Positions 1 to 12,072 are shown, counted from the stretch's first letter. The stretch: DNA of 64,000 nucleotides from Vulcanimicrobiota bacterium (GCA_963812155.1 CAWETW010000001.1:288001-352000), one strand, 5' to 3'. Notes: generated by a model not told the origin, from the sequence alone. Program-made: numbers and translations.

Positions 1-2
1 GA

Positions 3-770
3 TTGGTCTACGCAAGCGGCGAGCGGATCGCGATACGCCGCAGCGACCTCGGCCTTCTGGTCGTCTGCGCCGCCTTCGGCTATGGCCTCTATCAATACTT
101 ATGGATTTTCGGTCTGGCAAACACCAGCGCGTTCGCTTCGGCGCTGCTGGGCGCCACCGCGCCCATCTTCACCATCGCCGTCGTCGCGCTGCTCGGTCAC
201 GAACGCGTGCGCAGCGTGCGCTGGATCGGCGCGGGCATCGCGCTGTTCGGCATCGCCGTGTTCGAAGGCGGCTTCGCGGCTCGCGCGACGTTCCGCATCG
301 GCGATCTCCTCACGCTGTTCTCTTCGATATCGTTTGCGGGCTATAACGTCGTCACCGCGCGATTGACGGAACGGTATTCGCCGATCGTCTTGGTTGCAAT
401 CACGATGACGATGGGAATGCTGATGATCCTTCCCGCCGGCATCCCGCGGCTCGTGCATACCGATCTCTCGCACATGGGTTGGCCGGTATGGGGCCCGTTT
501 CTCTTTGCGGTGTTCTTTCCGATCGTGCTCACGTGGCCGGTTTGGAACTACGGCATCTCGGTCATCGGCGCCGCTCGCGCCGGCCTTTTCGGTTTTCTCG
601 TACCGATCGTCGCGGGCTTTGCGAGCATCTGGGTGCTCGGCGCGCATTTCGAAGGGCATCAAATCGCCGGCGCCCTGATCTGCATCGCAGGGATGGTGCT
701 GGCCAGCCTTTTCGGACGCTACTCGGTGAGCGCGATCTGGGCGGAGCGCTCGCTGCCGCTCGAAAGGTAG
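3..770 (+). CDS. DMT/EamA family transporter (5' truncated by window edge)
   Basis: Multiple TM helices with EamA-type motifs (LLGATAPIFT...LLGHER; WNYGISVIGAARAGLFGFLVPIVA). Confidence 0.85.
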   Translation: MVYASGERIAIRRSDLGLLVVCAAFGYGLYQYLWIFGLANTSAFASALLGATAPIFTIAVVALLGHERVRSVRWIGAGIALFGIAVFEGGFAARATFRIGDLLTLFSSISFAGYNVVTARLTERYSPIVLVAITMTMGMLMILPAGIPRLVHTDLSHMGWPVWGPFLFAVFFPIVLTWPVWNYGISVIGAARAGLFGFLVPIVAGFASIWVLGAHFEGHQIAGALICIAGMVLASLFGRYSVSAIWAERSLPLER

Positions 771-810
771 GCCTGTCTCGCCCGCAAAACGTCGCGCTCG
801 AAGGAACCTC

Positions 811-1008
811 GTGTTGCGGAAGTATGGCTGGTACGCGCTCCTGATTCTTCCATTTGCCGGAACGCTTTTTCCCGGGCTCTACAATCGCGCCGATCCGGCA
901 CTCTTCGGGCTGCCGTTCTTCTACTGGTTCCAAATGGCATGGGTCGTCGTGACGTCGCTGGTCCTTGCGGCGATCGCGTACGGGACGCGGACGCGCGACG
1001 ATGTCTAG
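811..1008 (+). CDS. DUF3311 family small membrane protein (SSS partner)
   Basis: YNRADPALFGLPFFYWFQMAW motif; AAGGA SD; overlaps start of downstream symporter. Confidence 0.85.
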   Translation: MLRKYGWYALLILPFAGTLFPGLYNRADPALFGLPFFYWFQMAWVVVTSLVLAAIAYGTRTRDDV

Positions 1009-2503
1009 CGGCGCTTGGGTCCTGTTTGCACTCGTCCTCGCGGTCTGCGTCCTGGGATTTCTGGGCCGCCGATGGGGGAACGCGAACCTCACGGAGATCG
1101 ACGAATGGGCGCTGGGCGGCCGGCGGTTCGGAACGCTCCTGTCGTGGTTTCTGGTGGGCGGCGACATTTACACCGCGTACACGTTCGTTGCCGTCCCGGC
1201 GCTCGTCTACGGGATCGGCGCGCTGGGCTTTTTCCCGCTCTCGCTCAACTTTGTGGCCTATCCGGTTGCGTTCATCTTCCTCGTGCGCTTTTGGGGCATC
1301 GCGCGGCGCCGAGGTTACGTTACCGGCGCCGATTTCGTGCGCGACCGCTTCGGCGACCGCACGCTCGAAATCGCGGTGGCGCTCACCGGCGCGATCGCGC
1401 TCATGCCGTACATCGCGCTGCAGCTCGTCGGCATGCAGGCAGTGTTCGCGCAACTGGGCGGCATCTTCGCGATCGACAAGAGCATGCCGGCGCTCACGAT
1501 CGCCTTCGTGCTGGTCGCCGCCAACACGTACGTCAGCGGCTTGCGTGCGCCGGCGCTGATCGCCGTCGTAAAGGACACCCTCATCTACGTCACCGTGATC
1601 GTCGCCATCACGGTGATCCCGGCCAAACTCGGCGGCTGGCCGCACATCTTCGCTTCGGTGCAGACGGTGCTCGCCGCGCGCCCGAAGCCGGCGTCGGTGC
1701 TGCTCGCGCCGCCGCAATACTTCACCTATGCGACGATGGCGATCGGTTCGGGCATCGCGCTCTTTCTCTATCCAAGTTCGATTACGACCATTCTGGCCGC
1801 GAGCAGTAAGGACGTGTTGCGCCGCAATGCGGTGCTACTGCCGATCTACACGCTGCTCCTCGGATTCCTGGCACTGCTCGGCTACTGCGCGATCGCCTCG
1901 GGAATCACCGTCGCGCACGGCAGCAGCAGCGTCATCCCGCTGCTCTTCGCTCGTTATTTTCCCGGATGGTTCGCCGGCGTGGCGGGTGCCGCCATCGTGA
2001 TCGGCGCGCTCGTGCCGGCCACGATCATGTGCATCGGGGCGGCCAATCTGCTGGCCAGCAACGTCGTGCGCGAGTTCTCGGCCGATCGGAAACCACTGGC
2101 CGTCGGTGCGGTGAAAGGGTTCACGCTGCTGATGAGCGCCGGCGGCCTTCTGTTCGTTTTCTTTTTTCCGGTGACGTTCGCCATCGATTTTCAACTCCTC
2201 GGCGGCTCGCTGATCGTCCAGACGTTTCCGGCCTTTGCCTTGGGACTCTTCACGCGCTGGTTCCATCCCCGCGCGCTGCTTGCGGGATGGGCGGTCGGGA
2301 TCGCCGCAAGTTGCGCGATGGCCTACGCCGCCGGTTTCGCCTCGACGTTCACGATCGACATCTTCGGCGCGCATCTCAACGGATTCATCGCCGTCTACAG
2401 TCTGGTCGCGAACCTCGCGGTCGCAGTCGCCGCGACGCTGCTCTTCCGCGTCTTCGGCGTGCCGGCGGGCAACGACCGGACGCTCGCGGGAGACTACGCG
2501 TGA
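1001..2503 (+). CDS. Sodium:solute symporter (MctP/YhjB-like monocarboxylate transporter)
   Basis: EWALGGRRFG...WFLVGGDIYTAYTF motif, about 13 TMs; ATG at 1001. Confidence 0.9.
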   Translation: MSSGAWVLFALVLAVCVLGFLGRRWGNANLTEIDEWALGGRRFGTLLSWFLVGGDIYTAYTFVAVPALVYGIGALGFFPLSLNFVAYPVAFIFLVRFWGIARRRGYVTGADFVRDRFGDRTLEIAVALTGAIALMPYIALQLVGMQAVFAQLGGIFAIDKSMPALTIAFVLVAANTYVSGLRAPALIAVVKDTLIYVTVIVAITVIPAKLGGWPHIFASVQTVLAARPKPASVLLAPPQYFTYATMAIGSGIALFLYPSSITTILAASSKDVLRRNAVLLPIYTLLLGFLALLGYCAIASGITVAHGSSSVIPLLFARYFPGWFAGVAGAAIVIGALVPATIMCIGAANLLASNVVREFSADRKPLAVGAVKGFTLLMSAGGLLFVFFFPVTFAIDFQLLGGSLIVQTFPAFALGLFTRWFHPRALLAGWAVGIAASCAMAYAAGFASTFTIDIFGAHLNGFIAVYSLVANLAVAVAATLLFRVFGVPAGNDRTLAGDYA

Positions 2504-2892
2504 GCGAGACGGTCAATCCGCCGCAGTGGCCGCGTCCGAGCGGGTACGCCAACGGCATCGTCGCGCAAGGACGGTTCTTAGCCGTATCCGGACAGATCGG
2601 CTGGAACGAACGGGCCGAGCTCGCCGGGGACGATTTTCTGACGCAGGCCCTGCAGGCGCTGCGCAACGTCGTTGCGGTCGTTCGCGCCGCGGGCGGCGAG
2701 CCCGCGCACGTCGTGCGCTTGACGTGGTACGTCGTCGACACCGACGAGTACCGCGCCGCACTGGCGGGATTGGGACGCGGATACCGCGAGATCTTCGGCG
2801 ATCACTATCCGGCGATGGCGCTCGTATGCGTCGCCGGATTGCTCGAAGCGGGGGCGCGAGTCGAGATCGAAGCGACGGCGATTCTTCCTTGA
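2500..2892 (+). CDS. RidA/YjgF family enamine deaminase (AbmF-like)
   Basis: PPQWPRPSGYANG...SGQIG...HYPAMALV...VEIEATA; GTG overlaps the upstream TGA. Confidence 0.9.
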   Translation: MSETVNPPQWPRPSGYANGIVAQGRFLAVSGQIGWNERAELAGDDFLTQALQALRNVVAVVRAAGGEPAHVVRLTWYVVDTDEYRAALAGLGRGYREIFGDHYPAMALVCVAGLLEAGARVEIEATAILP

Positions 2893-2902
2893 ACGCGCGT
2901 CC

Positions 2903-3566
2903 GTGCCGTTAGAAATCGATCATCTCATCATCTGCTGCGATCGCGGCGCTCCCGAAGGGAAAGCGCTGATCGCGCACGGCCTGCTCGAAGGCTCGTCGAA
3001 CGTGCACGCGGGGCAAGGCAGCGCGAACCGGCGCTTCTTCTTCGAAAACGCGTATCTCGAACTCTTATGGATCGACGATCCTGCTGCGGCCAAACGCGAG
3101 CCCGCACGCCGCACGCGCCTGTGGGAACGCTGGCGGCGGCGCGACGCGTCGGCGTGTCCTTTCGGGATCGCATTTCGTCCGCTCGACCCCGCGGCCGAAA
3201 CGTTGCCGCCGTTTCCGACGTGGGCGTATCACGCGCCGTACCTGCCGGCGCAAGTGTCGATCGGCATCGCATTGGCGACGCCGCTGAGCGAGCCGGAGTT
3301 CCTGTACCTTCCGTTTGCCACGCGACCCGATGCCAAAGGTCGCGAGCCAATCGCGCATCCCGCCGGCCTGCGCCAATTGACCGGCGTGCGCATCGGACTT
3401 CCGCCGAGCACCATGCGCTCGCAAGCCGGCGCAAGCGGTTGCCGGTCTCGGATTGCTCGCGTGGTTCGATGCGCCGGCATACGTGATGGAGTTGACGTTC
3501 GGCGAGGGTGCGGCCGGGCGCAGCATCGACTTTCGCCCGGTGCTACCTCTGCTCGTTCATCGGTAG
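2903..3566 (+). CDS. VOC/glyoxalase-like family protein (frameshift near 3428)
   Basis: IDHLII...HAGQGSANRRFFFENAYLELLW; plausible C-terminus AQAVAGLGLLAWFDAPAYVMELTF...[12 protein letters not shown] lies in another frame ending at 3566. Confidence 0.75.
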
Positions 3567-5192
3567 CGGCTCCCCCGCAGCACGCGAGCGCAGTTTGTAA
3601 CGCTGCAGTTTGCCGGTTTCGGTACGCGGCAGTTCGGCGACGAACTCGATCTCGCGGGGCGTCTTGAACGGTGCGATGCGTTCGTTGCAAAACGCCTGCA
3701 GTTCGCGAACCTTCGTCTCCCCGGGCGCAGCTGCACCGTCGAGCACGACGAAAGCCTTGACGATCTGCGTCTGCTTCTCCGCATGCGCCTTGCCGACGAC
3801 GGCAACTTCTTTGACGTCGGCGTGCGCGATGAGGACTTGCTCCACTTCCGGGCCCGAAATGTTGTATCCGGCCGACACGATCATGTCGTCGGTGCGCGCG
3901 ACGTACCAGAGGTACCCGTCCGCGTCGGCCCGATAGGCGTCGCCCGGATAGTTCCAGCCGTTCTGCACGTAGCTGTGCTGGCGCTCGTCGTCGAGGTATT
4001 TACACCCCGTCGGCCCTTTGACGGCTAATCGTCCGACGCTGCCTTCGGGCACTGGACGGCCGTCCTCGCCGTGAACTTCGGCAACGTAACCGGGAACCGC
4101 GCGGCCGGTCGCGCCCGGACGAATTTCCGGCTCGGGCGAACCGACGAAGATGTGGAGCATCTCGGTGCTGCCGATACCGTCGAGAATCTTCAACCCGGTC
4201 TTATCGCGCCACGCCTCCCACACCGCCAACGGAAGCGTCTCGCCGGCCGAGACGCACGAGCGCAGCGTCGAAAGATCGTACCGATCGGCGGCGGCGCACA
4301 TCGTGCGATAGGCGATCGGCGCGGTAAATGCCGTGGTCGCACCGTACTCGGCGACGGCGCGCAGTAAGTCTTCCGGCCCGGCTTTCTCCAACTGCAGCGT
4401 CGCGGCGCCCACGGAAAACGGAAAGAGCACGTGACCGCCCAGACCGAACGTAAATCCAAGCGGAGCGCTGCCGCAAAAGAGATCGCTCGGCCGCGGCTGC
4501 AACACGCGCGCGCCGTAACTGTCGCAGGTGGCCAGAATATCGCGATGATAGTGCATCGCCGCCTTGGGCTTTCCGGTCGTTCCCGAGGTGAAGGCGATCA
4601 GGGCGACGTCCTCGGCCGCCGTCGCAACGGCTTGGAACGCATCCGGTTGCCGCGCCATCGCCGCTTCCAGCTCGGAGTCGCCCTCGGAACCGAACGTCAC
4701 GGTGGCGATGCCCTCGGCTCCATCGCAGGCCTTCGAGAGGTCATCGAACAGCCGGACGTCGCACAGCGCGAGCGTCACGCGCGCCTTTTCGAGAATGACG
4801 CGAAGTTCGGTCGAGCGGTAGAGCGGCATCGTGGTGACCGCAATGCCGCCCGCTTTCAGGACCGCCAGCCAGCAGGCAACGAGCATCGGCGTATTCGGCG
4901 CGCGCAAGAGCACGCGGTTTCCCGGGCGCAGACCGTAGCGCACCGTGAGCGCGTTGGCGATCCGGTTCACCGTCTCGAAGAGCCGGCGGTACGTCCAACT
5001 GACGCCGCCGGGCGCGACGATGCAGCGCCGTTCGCCGTTGCCGATCTCGAGATTGCGGTCGAGCAGCCAGGCCGCCGCGTTGATGCTTTCGGGATACGGC
5101 GTTTCCGCAAGCGTGAAGAGCTGTTCCGGCATCGCGTCGCGCGCCGGCAAGTGGCGTTCGGCGAATTCGTCGACGTGACCGGTATGCTTCAC
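3543..5192 (-). CDS. Benzoate/2-aminobenzoate-CoA ligase family (AbmG-like)
   Basis: AMP-binding motifs [36 protein letters not shown] at 5192 overlaps the upstream stop. Confidence 0.9.
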   Translation of the reverse strand: MKHTGHVDEFAERHLPARDAMPEQLFTLAETPYPESINAAAWLLDRNLEIGNGERRCIVAPGGVSWTYRRLFETVNRIANALTVRYGLRPGNRVLLRAPNTPMLVACWLAVLKAGGIAVTTMPLYRSTELRVILEKARVTLALCDVRLFDDLSKACDGAEGIATVTFGSEGDSELEAAMARQPDAFQAVATAAEDVALIAFTSGTTGKPKAAMHYHRDILATCDSYGARVLQPRPSDLFCGSAPLGFTFGLGGHVLFPFSVGAATLQLEKAGPEDLLRAVAEYGATTAFTAPIAYRTMCAAADRYDLSTLRSCVSAGETLPLAVWEAWRDKTGLKILDGIGSTEMLHIFVGSPEPEIRPGATGRAVPGYVAEVHGEDGRPVPEGSVGRLAVKGPTGCKYLDDERQHSYVQNGWNYPGDAYRADADGYLWYVARTDDMIVSAGYNISGPEVEQVLIAHADVKEVAVVGKAHAEKQTQIVKAFVVLDGAAAPGETKVRELQAFCNERIAPFKTPREIEFVAELPRTETGKLQRYKLRSRAAGEPLPMNEQR

Positions 5193-6349
5193 GGCGCGGG
5201 AACGCGTGCCAGCATCTGCTTGGCGATGACTTGCTGCTGGATCTCGCTGGCGCCTTCGTAAATGCGCAGCGCGCGTACGTCGCGATAGAGCCTCTCGACG
5301 ATCTCGCCCCGCGTCACCCCGCGCCCTCCGAAGAGCTGCACGGCACGGTCGCAAATGCGCCCGGCCGCTTCGGTGGCAAACCACTTTGCCATCGCCGCTT
5401 CGGCGGTGACCCGCGCCGCGCCCGAATCTTTCGTCCACGCCGCGCGATACACCAGGAGCGCGGCCGCGTCGGCATCGGTCGCCATGCCGGCGATGGCCGC
5501 CTGCGTCAGCTGCAGCGACGCCAGCGGCGCGCCGAACAGTTTTCGGGAGCTCACGTGCGCGAGGGTTTCGTCGAGCGCGCGGCGCGCGAATCCGACCGCG
5601 GCGGCGCCCACCGTACTGCGGAAAACGTCGAGCACCGACATCGCGACTTTGAACCCTTCGCCTTCTTCACCGATCCGTTGCGACGCGGGGACGCGAACGC
5701 CGTCGAACCGCAGCGTCCCCAGCGGATGCGGTGAGATCGTTTCGATTCGCTCCGAAACGACAAGGCCGGCAGCGTCTGCCTCCACGACGAACGCGGACAG
5801 GCCGCGCGTACCGGCCGCGCCCGTTCGCGCGAACACGACGTAGAAATCCGCCAAGCCGGCATTCGAGATCCACGTCTTCTCGCCATCGAGCACGTAGGCG
5901 TCGCCGTCGCGGGCGGCGCGGCTGGCGATCGCCGCGACGTCGGACCCGGCCTCCCGTTCCGAGAGCGCAAACGCTGCAATCGCCCGGCCTTGCGCGACCG
6001 CCGGAAGAAAGCGCCGCTGCAACTCCGCCGATCCAAAGAGCGTCAGCGCCCCGCTGCCGAGACCCTGCATCGCAAATGCGAAGTCGGCAAACGCGCTGCG
6101 GTAGGCGAGCGCTTCGCGCGCGAGACAGAGCGTCCGCACGTCGAGCGCGGTGCGCACGCCGCCGTAGAAATCGGTAACGCAGGCGCGCAGGATGCCGGCG
6201 CCGGCGAGCTCGCGCACCCATGCGCGGCAACTTGCGTCGGCATCGTGCTCGTCGTCGAGCGCGCCGGCGCTTTTAGCAAACCCTTCGACCAGCGCCGCGA
6301 ACGCGCGGTGCTCCTCATCGAAAAACGGCCACGCCAGCGCGCCGTTCAA
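5189..6349 (-). CDS. Acyl-CoA dehydrogenase (AbmD-like)
   Basis: [42 protein letters not shown] start coupled to the hydratase stop. Confidence 0.9.
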   Translation of the reverse strand: MNGALAWPFFDEEHRAFAALVEGFAKSAGALDDEHDADASCRAWVRELAGAGILRACVTDFYGGVRTALDVRTLCLAREALAYRSAFADFAFAMQGLGSGALTLFGSAELQRRFLPAVAQGRAIAAFALSEREAGSDVAAIASRAARDGDAYVLDGEKTWISNAGLADFYVVFARTGAAGTRGLSAFVVEADAAGLVVSERIETISPHPLGTLRFDGVRVPASQRIGEEGEGFKVAMSVLDVFRSTVGAAAVGFARRALDETLAHVSSRKLFGAPLASLQLTQAAIAGMATDADAAALLVYRAAWTKDSGAARVTAEAAMAKWFATEAAGRICDRAVQLFGGRGVTRGEIVERLYRDVRALRIYEGASEIQQQVIAKQMLARVPAP

Positions 6350-7137
6350 TTCCCTTCGAACTCCGGTGCGCGCTTCGCAGCGAACGCTTCGTAGGCGCGG
6401 CGGAAGTCGCTCGACTGCATGCACTCCGCCTGGGCTCGCGCTTCCGCATCGATGGCTTCGTCGAGCGGAAGCGCCCACTCGCGATGCAGCATGCGTTTGG
6501 TCGTGGCATGCGCGAGCGTCGGGCCGCTCGCGATCGCCGCCGCCCACGCTCGCGCGCGCGCGAGCAGATCGGCGGGCTCGCAGAGTTCGTTGTAAAATCC
6601 CCACTCCAGTGCGCGCTCGCCGGGCATCGCCTCACCCGTGTAGAGCAGCTGCGACGCGCGTCCGAGCCCGACGATGCGCGGCAACATCGCGCACGCCCCC
6701 ATGTCGGCGCCCGACAAGCCCACGCGCACGAACAGAAAGGCCACCTTCGAACGGCGCGTGCCGAAGCGGATGTCGGAAGCCATCGCCAAAATCGCGCCGG
6801 CGCCGGCGCAGGTTCCGTCGATCGCCGCAACGATCGGCTGCGGACACGCACGCATCGCCTTGACGAGATCGCCGGTCATCTGCGTGAACTCGAGGAGCTC
6901 TTGGGGCGTAGCGCCCGTCAGCGGACCGATGATGTCGTGCACGTCGCCGCCGGAACAGAAGTGTTCGCCGGCGCCCGTCAGCACGATCGCCGCGACCGTT
7001 GGGTCGTGCCGTCGTTGCCCGAACCAGTCGCGCAACTCCGCGTACAGCGCGAACGTCAGCGGATTGCGCCGTTCGGGCCGATCGAGCGTCACGGTCGCGA
7101 CGCGACCGGCCATTTCGTAACGCGCTTGCGTGGACAC
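6346..7137 (-). CDS. Enoyl-CoA hydratase/isomerase (AbmC-like)
   Basis: [28 protein letters not shown] crotonase motifs. Confidence 0.9.
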   Translation of the reverse strand: MSTQARYEMAGRVATVTLDRPERRNPLTFALYAELRDWFGQRRHDPTVAAIVLTGAGEHFCSGGDVHDIIGPLTGATPQELLEFTQMTGDLVKAMRACPQPIVAAIDGTCAGAGAILAMASDIRFGTRRSKVAFLFVRVGLSGADMGACAMLPRIVGLGRASQLLYTGEAMPGERALEWGFYNELCEPADLLARARAWAAAIASGPTLAHATTKRMLHREWALPLDEAIDAEARAQAECMQSSDFRRAYEAFAAKRAPEFEGN

Positions 7138-7148
7138 TGCCCAACCCT

Positions 7149-7589
7149 TTATCGAATTTGAAACGGAAGGTCCTGTTCGAACTCGATTCCGGCGCTGTTA
7201 CGGGCGATCACCCGCAGGCGATAGGGCCGGATGAAGATCGGCGGTGCGTCGAGGACGTCGAGCTGGAACGCAAAACGGCCGGCTCCGGTGTGCGGCACGT
7301 CGATAGAGAACAAGTTCGTGCGCACCTCGATGCTGGCGACGTTCGTGCTCGTGACGAACTCACCCGAAAAACGTTCGCCCCGGCGCACGTCGAGCGACGA
7401 GAAGTGCATGCCGAGAATTTGCGGCAGCGCATCTCGCGATGCGACGCGCGGCGTCGGTAACGCGCGCGTCGCGCCGATCTCGACGCCGGCCGGCACGCCG
7501 GGAAGATGTGACGCACAACCGAGCGCAGCCGCCACGAACGCGAGTGCGGCGGCTCCGAACATCGCCGGACGTGCGCCGGACGCGTGCAT
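7149..7589 (-). CDS. Hypothetical lipoprotein with Ig-like beta domain
   Basis: Hydrophobic stretch and lipobox-like [16 protein letters not shown]...LRVIARN; start uncertain. Confidence 0.65.
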   Translation of the reverse strand: MHASGARPAMFGAAALAFVAAALGCASHLPGVPAGVEIGATRALPTPRVASRDALPQILGMHFSSLDVRRGERFSGEFVTSTNVASIEVRTNLFSIDVPHTGAGRFAFQLDVLDAPPIFIRPYRLRVIARNSAGIEFEQDLPFQIR

Positions 7590-7668
7590 CACGCAAGTGA
7601 GGTAGCGGCACGGCGACGGTTTTCCTGCCGCAGAGGGCGCTCCCGCCGCTTGCGCGTAAGGCCATCCC

Positions 7669-8710
7669 ATGCACGGCGTCCGGACCGCTCCTCGCAGTGT
7701 TGCGTTCGATTATGCCGTGGGCGCGTGTTGCGTTTGGGTTTCCGGCGGTTTCTTTCTCGACGCGTGGGCGCACGGCCACGTGCCCGTCGAATCGTTCTTC
7801 ACGCCGTATCACGCGGCATTTTACTCGGGCATGCTTGCGCTCATGCTCGTCTTCGCCGGATTTGCGGCGCGCAACCACAACCGCGGGTATGCCTGGGGCG
7901 ACGCTCTTCCGCGGCCGTATCGCGTCGCACTCATCGGCATTCCGATTTTCATCGGCGCCGCTTTCGGCGACATGCTGTGGCACCGGCTGCTCGGACTCGA
8001 GGAAGGCGTCGACGCACTCTTGAGCCCGACCCATCAAATTCTCGGGCTCGGCATTTTCTTTCTCGCCAGCGGCCCGATCCGCAGCGTGCTCGCCGACCGG
8101 GCGCGCTCGACGACGCTGGCGCTGCAGGCGCCGCTCGCGCTCGGCCTGGCGACGTGGCTGCTTGCTGGCGCACTTCGGCACCGCTTACGCGATCGATCCC
8201 GCCGGCGGCCGCAGCGACGCACCGCCGCCGATCGCGCCGTTCACGCCCGACTATCTCACGGCGCTGAGCATCGGCTATTACAAAGTCTCGGTCGGCGTGC
8301 TCGTCATGATTTTCCAGAGCGCGCTGATCGGCGGCTTCGCGATCTGGACCGTATCGCGACTTCGTCCCGCGCCCGGCATGTTCACGCTGCTCTACGTCGT
8401 AGGCGGGCTTCCGCCGGCGGCCGCCTTCACCAACCATTCGAACCTGCTCGCCGTCGCCGCGGCGCAAGCGCTGCTGACCGGCATCGTCGCCGACGTCTTC
8501 GTTGCCCGGCGCGATCCGCGTCCCGAACGCGTCGCAGTCTTTCGTACGTTTGCAGCGACGGTTCCGATGACGTACTGCGGCGTCTACTTGGTCGTGACGG
8601 CACTGCGCGGCGGCTTGTGGTGGGATTGGAACATCGCATTGGGCACGTGGCTGTGGTCGGGCGTCGTGGGCTACGTGCTCAGCCTGCTGGCGTCCGCGCG
8701 CCGGGCGTGA
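7669..8710 (+). CDS. Multi-pass membrane protein of unknown function (frameshift near 8162)
   Basis: LDAWAH...ESFFTPYH...DMLWH...E..DALLSPTH; C-terminal half is in ORF 8162-8710. Confidence 0.7.
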
Positions 8711-10236
8711 CGCCGGCTCGCACGCTGCCGGTCTGCGCGGCGCTGCTGCACCTCGCGACGTCGTGGCGTTACGGCTACTTTCGCGACGAACTCTACTTTA
8801 TCGCCTGCGCCAAACATCTCGCGTGGGGATACGTCGACCAGCCGCCTTTCGTTGCGCTGGCGGCATGGCTTTCCGCGCCGGCGGGTTACCATCTCGTCGC
8901 ATTGCGCCTGCTGCCGGCGCTGGCGGCCGGCGCGACCGTCTACGTCGCGATTGCACTCGCGCGAGAACTCGGCGGCGGACGGTACGCGGCGCTCCTCACG
9001 GGCATCGCGACGATGCTGCTCCCGGCATACTTGCTGCTCGGCAACGTGTTGACGACGACGTCGTTCGAGCCGCTGTCGTGGACGCTGACGATCTACGCCG
9101 CGCTGCGAATCGTTCGCGCACGTTCCGAAAACGCACGCCGCTGGTGGCTGCTGCTCGCGGGCGCGCTCGTCTTCGGAGCGTACGGCAAGTATTCGATCGG
9201 GCTGCTCGCCGCCGCGCTGGTCGCCGGCACGTTGCTGACGCCGCAACGGCGCGCGCTCGCGTCGCCGTGGCCGTGGGCGGTTGCCGGCATCGTGGGGCTG
9301 TGTCTCCTTCCCAATCTCGTGTGGCAAGGCGCGCACGGCTGGCCCTTCGTCGAGGTGCTGCGCGGCGACGCGACGCACCGCCCTGCGCTCCAAATCGGGG
9401 CCGCACTGGAGTTCACGGATCTCGCGCGCAATGCCGCGGCCTTCATCCTGGAACAGGTGGTGTATACGAACGTTTTTGCGGTTCCGATCTGGATTGCCGG
9501 GATCGTCGCGCCGTTTCGGGTGAGCGCGCTGCGCGATCTGCGCTTCGTGCCGATTGCCTATGCCCTAGTCGCCGTTACGGCGGTGGCATTGGGCGCCAAA
9601 GGCTACTACGTCATCGGCATCTACGCGTCGCTCGTCGCGATCGGAGCGGTCGCGCTGGAGCGCGCGGCCGCGGCCTGGCGCGTTGCACTACCGTCGGCAC
9701 TGCTGCTGACGGCCGCTGTGGCGTTACCGCTGTCGTTGCCGATCCTGCCGGTCGACGGGCTGATCGCCTATTCGCAACGGCTCGGTTTGACGGGCCGGGG
9801 CGGGACGCCGCCGCATCTCGTGCAGCCGGTCTTCGCCGAAGAGTTCGGCTGGGAACGATTGGCGCGTGACGTCGCCGCCGTCTACCGGTCTCTGCCGCCG
9901 CGCGTGCGAGCGGAGACGGCGGTGTATGCCGACACCTACGGCGACGCCGGAGCGCTCGATTTCTACGGTCCGCGCTTCGGATTACCACCCGTCATCTCGA
10001 GTCAAAATTCGTACTATCTCTGGGGCACGCGCGGCTACGACGGGCGCACGATGGTGGCGGTCGGGGCGACGCGCATCGATCTGTTGCGCGCGTTCTATCG
10101 CCACGTGACGCTGGTGCGCACCTCGAGCGAACCCTACAAGTGGATCGTCGAAGGGCCGGCGCCGATCTATCTCTGCCGCGACCCCGTCGCGCCGCTGACG
10201 ACGATCTGGCCGCATTTGCGCTGGTACGGCGCCTAA
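8707..10236 (+). CDS. Glycosyltransferase family 39 / ArnT-like GT-C protein
   Basis: YGYFRDELYFIACAKHLAWGYVDQPP signature, many TMs; GTG overlaps the upstream TGA. Confidence 0.85.
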   Translation: MTPARTLPVCAALLHLATSWRYGYFRDELYFIACAKHLAWGYVDQPPFVALAAWLSAPAGYHLVALRLLPALAAGATVYVAIALARELGGGRYAALLTGIATMLLPAYLLLGNVLTTTSFEPLSWTLTIYAALRIVRARSENARRWWLLLAGALVFGAYGKYSIGLLAAALVAGTLLTPQRRALASPWPWAVAGIVGLCLLPNLVWQGAHGWPFVEVLRGDATHRPALQIGAALEFTDLARNAAAFILEQVVYTNVFAVPIWIAGIVAPFRVSALRDLRFVPIAYALVAVTAVALGAKGYYVIGIYASLVAIGAVALERAAAAWRVALPSALLLTAAVALPLSLPILPVDGLIAYSQRLGLTGRGGTPPHLVQPVFAEEFGWERLARDVAAVYRSLPPRVRAETAVYADTYGDAGALDFYGPRFGLPPVISSQNSYYLWGTRGYDGRTMVAVGATRIDLLRAFYRHVTLVRTSSEPYKWIVEGPAPIYLCRDPVAPLTTIWPHLRWYGA

Positions 10237-10260
10237 CGACCGCGGGCACTTGCCCGCGAC

Positions 10261-12005
10261 ATGAACGATTCCTCGCAACAATCCGGCTTCACCCTCGCGG
10301 AAACGGTTGTCACGCTCGGGCTGCTCGCACTCTTCGCCGGGGGCGTGGTATGGATGCTCGGCTCGCATCCCGGTTCGCTGGCGCGGGCGACCGCCGATTT
10401 CGATGCGGCGCTGACGAGCGCGCGTGCGATCGCAGCGACCAGCGGCAACGGTGCGACCGTCGTTTTCCTGCCGCGCGGCAACCCGTCGCACGCGTTGGCC
10501 GGATTCACGCTGCGCGTCTTTAGCGGACGTCCCACCGCGGCCAGCGAGGTTCGCGCCGACACGGTGATGCCCGTGACATCCGACGCCGGCGTTTCCGAGA
10601 CGACGCTCGGCTCGCCGCCGTTCTCGCTCTTTTTCGGCGCGTCGGGCGACGTGAGCGGAGCGAGCCGTTATCCGCAAACCGATGCGCACGGCGACGTACG
10701 CTTTCCCGCGATCGCAATCGAGCCGCCGTGTCCGCGCGCCGGGTTCGTCCTCACGTTCGTCAGCGCCCAGCATACGGTAACGCGCCGCCTGCCGTGCGCG
10801 TCGCCGGTGGCCGCGACCGCCGCTCCCAATCCTTCGCCGACGCCGAACGTGCCGCTGATCACGCCCGCGCAGCTGCAGTATCGTTGGCCGGCCGACGCGC
10901 GTCAAACGTTCGTGGCGACCGAGTGGGGGTATACGCATTGGTTTGCCGCCGATGGTTTTGCGTGCGGTAGCGGGGTCGCCGAATTCCCCAACGTCTTGCC
11001 GTCGCCCTACTCGCCGCCGTACGACGCGCACGAAGGCGACGCCACGCCGCCGCCTCCGCCGCATGCGCCGTATTCGTATCCCAACTCGCGGCGGTCAAAG
11101 CATGAACGATGCGCCGGCGCCGTTCCCGCTCGATCCGGTGCGCGAGGGCCTCTGCACTGCGACGGTGGTCGACGCTTGGGGACAGCCCGCGCGCGTCGCG
11201 GTAGACGTCATGGGATGGCTCACGGCGTCGTATGGCGGCAACGCGTACACGCATCGCTCGCGCCGCACGCTTTCGCTGCCGGCGACGACGTTTCCGAACA
11301 AAGGCGCGACGGTAACGATCGCGCTCTCGAAAACCTACGACGCGCAACCGCTGCAGGGACTGGTCGAGTTCGACGGAGCGTGTTCGCCGTATCTGTCGTT
11401 TGCAAGCCTGCCGGGCAAGACGCCGCCTTCACCGGCTCCGGCGCCGGCGACCGCCGCCGTTACGCTGACGCTCGTCACACAGCCCGCAGCGAAGACGCGA
11501 TGCGGCGGCGTCATCTACGATCAGTACGCGGGCGCGCTCGGCGGCGAAGGCATTCCGTTTAACGCGACGCTCGGCGCGCAACGCTGCGCGAACGAGCGCA
11601 ACGTGTGGCAGGGTCCGGCCGACGGTGCGTGTTACGACTTATACTTCGTCGTCACCGGCACGACGCAGACCGGCGGCTGGACCGAAGAAAGCGTGATGGG
11701 CGTGTACGCGCCCCACGGGACGCCGGGTATGTCGATCTACAGCTGGATCGTCGACGACGGCGTCTGTTCGGTGCGCAACTCCGGCGGCGTCGGCTTCGCG
11801 CAGTGGGGCGTTCTTCTCGGCAACGGCGACCCCACGCCGCCGCCGGTCGCGACGCCGCAGCCGATGCGCGAATCAAGCCGGGTTCGGAGTGACCTTTGCG
11901 TCGGACACGGTTGCCGTCACGTCGGCGCCCGACCCGAACCCGACGCGTCCGCCGCCGCTGCAGTGCGGTTCCGGCGGAATCCCGACGCCGAGCCCGCCGC
12001 CGTAG
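10261..12005 (+). CDS. Large prepilin-type (N-terminal cleavage/methylation) protein, two frameshifts (about 11088 and 11866)
   Basis: Class III signal QSG|FTLAETVVTLGLLALF; frames 10261, 10943 and a third join to a P/T-rich, Cys-containing protein ending PTPSPPP* at 12005. Confidence 0.65.
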
Positions 12006-12023
12006 TACCCGGTTTAGGCCGCG

Positions 12024-12067
12024 CTTCGACTTCGCGTGCTGCGGCACGCTGCGCTCAGCGTGACACA
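12024..12067 (+). repeat. REP-like palindromic repeat copy
   Basis: CTTCGAC-hairpin-CGCTCAGCGTGACAC, matching copies at 31722, 41539 and 43719. Confidence 0.75.
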
Positions 12068-12072
12068 CATGA

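Noticed and set aside
7669..10236. 855-aa membrane protein-GT39 fusion
   Set aside because: The middle third is Arg-rich nonsense; the real frame shifts near 8162 and stops at 8710.
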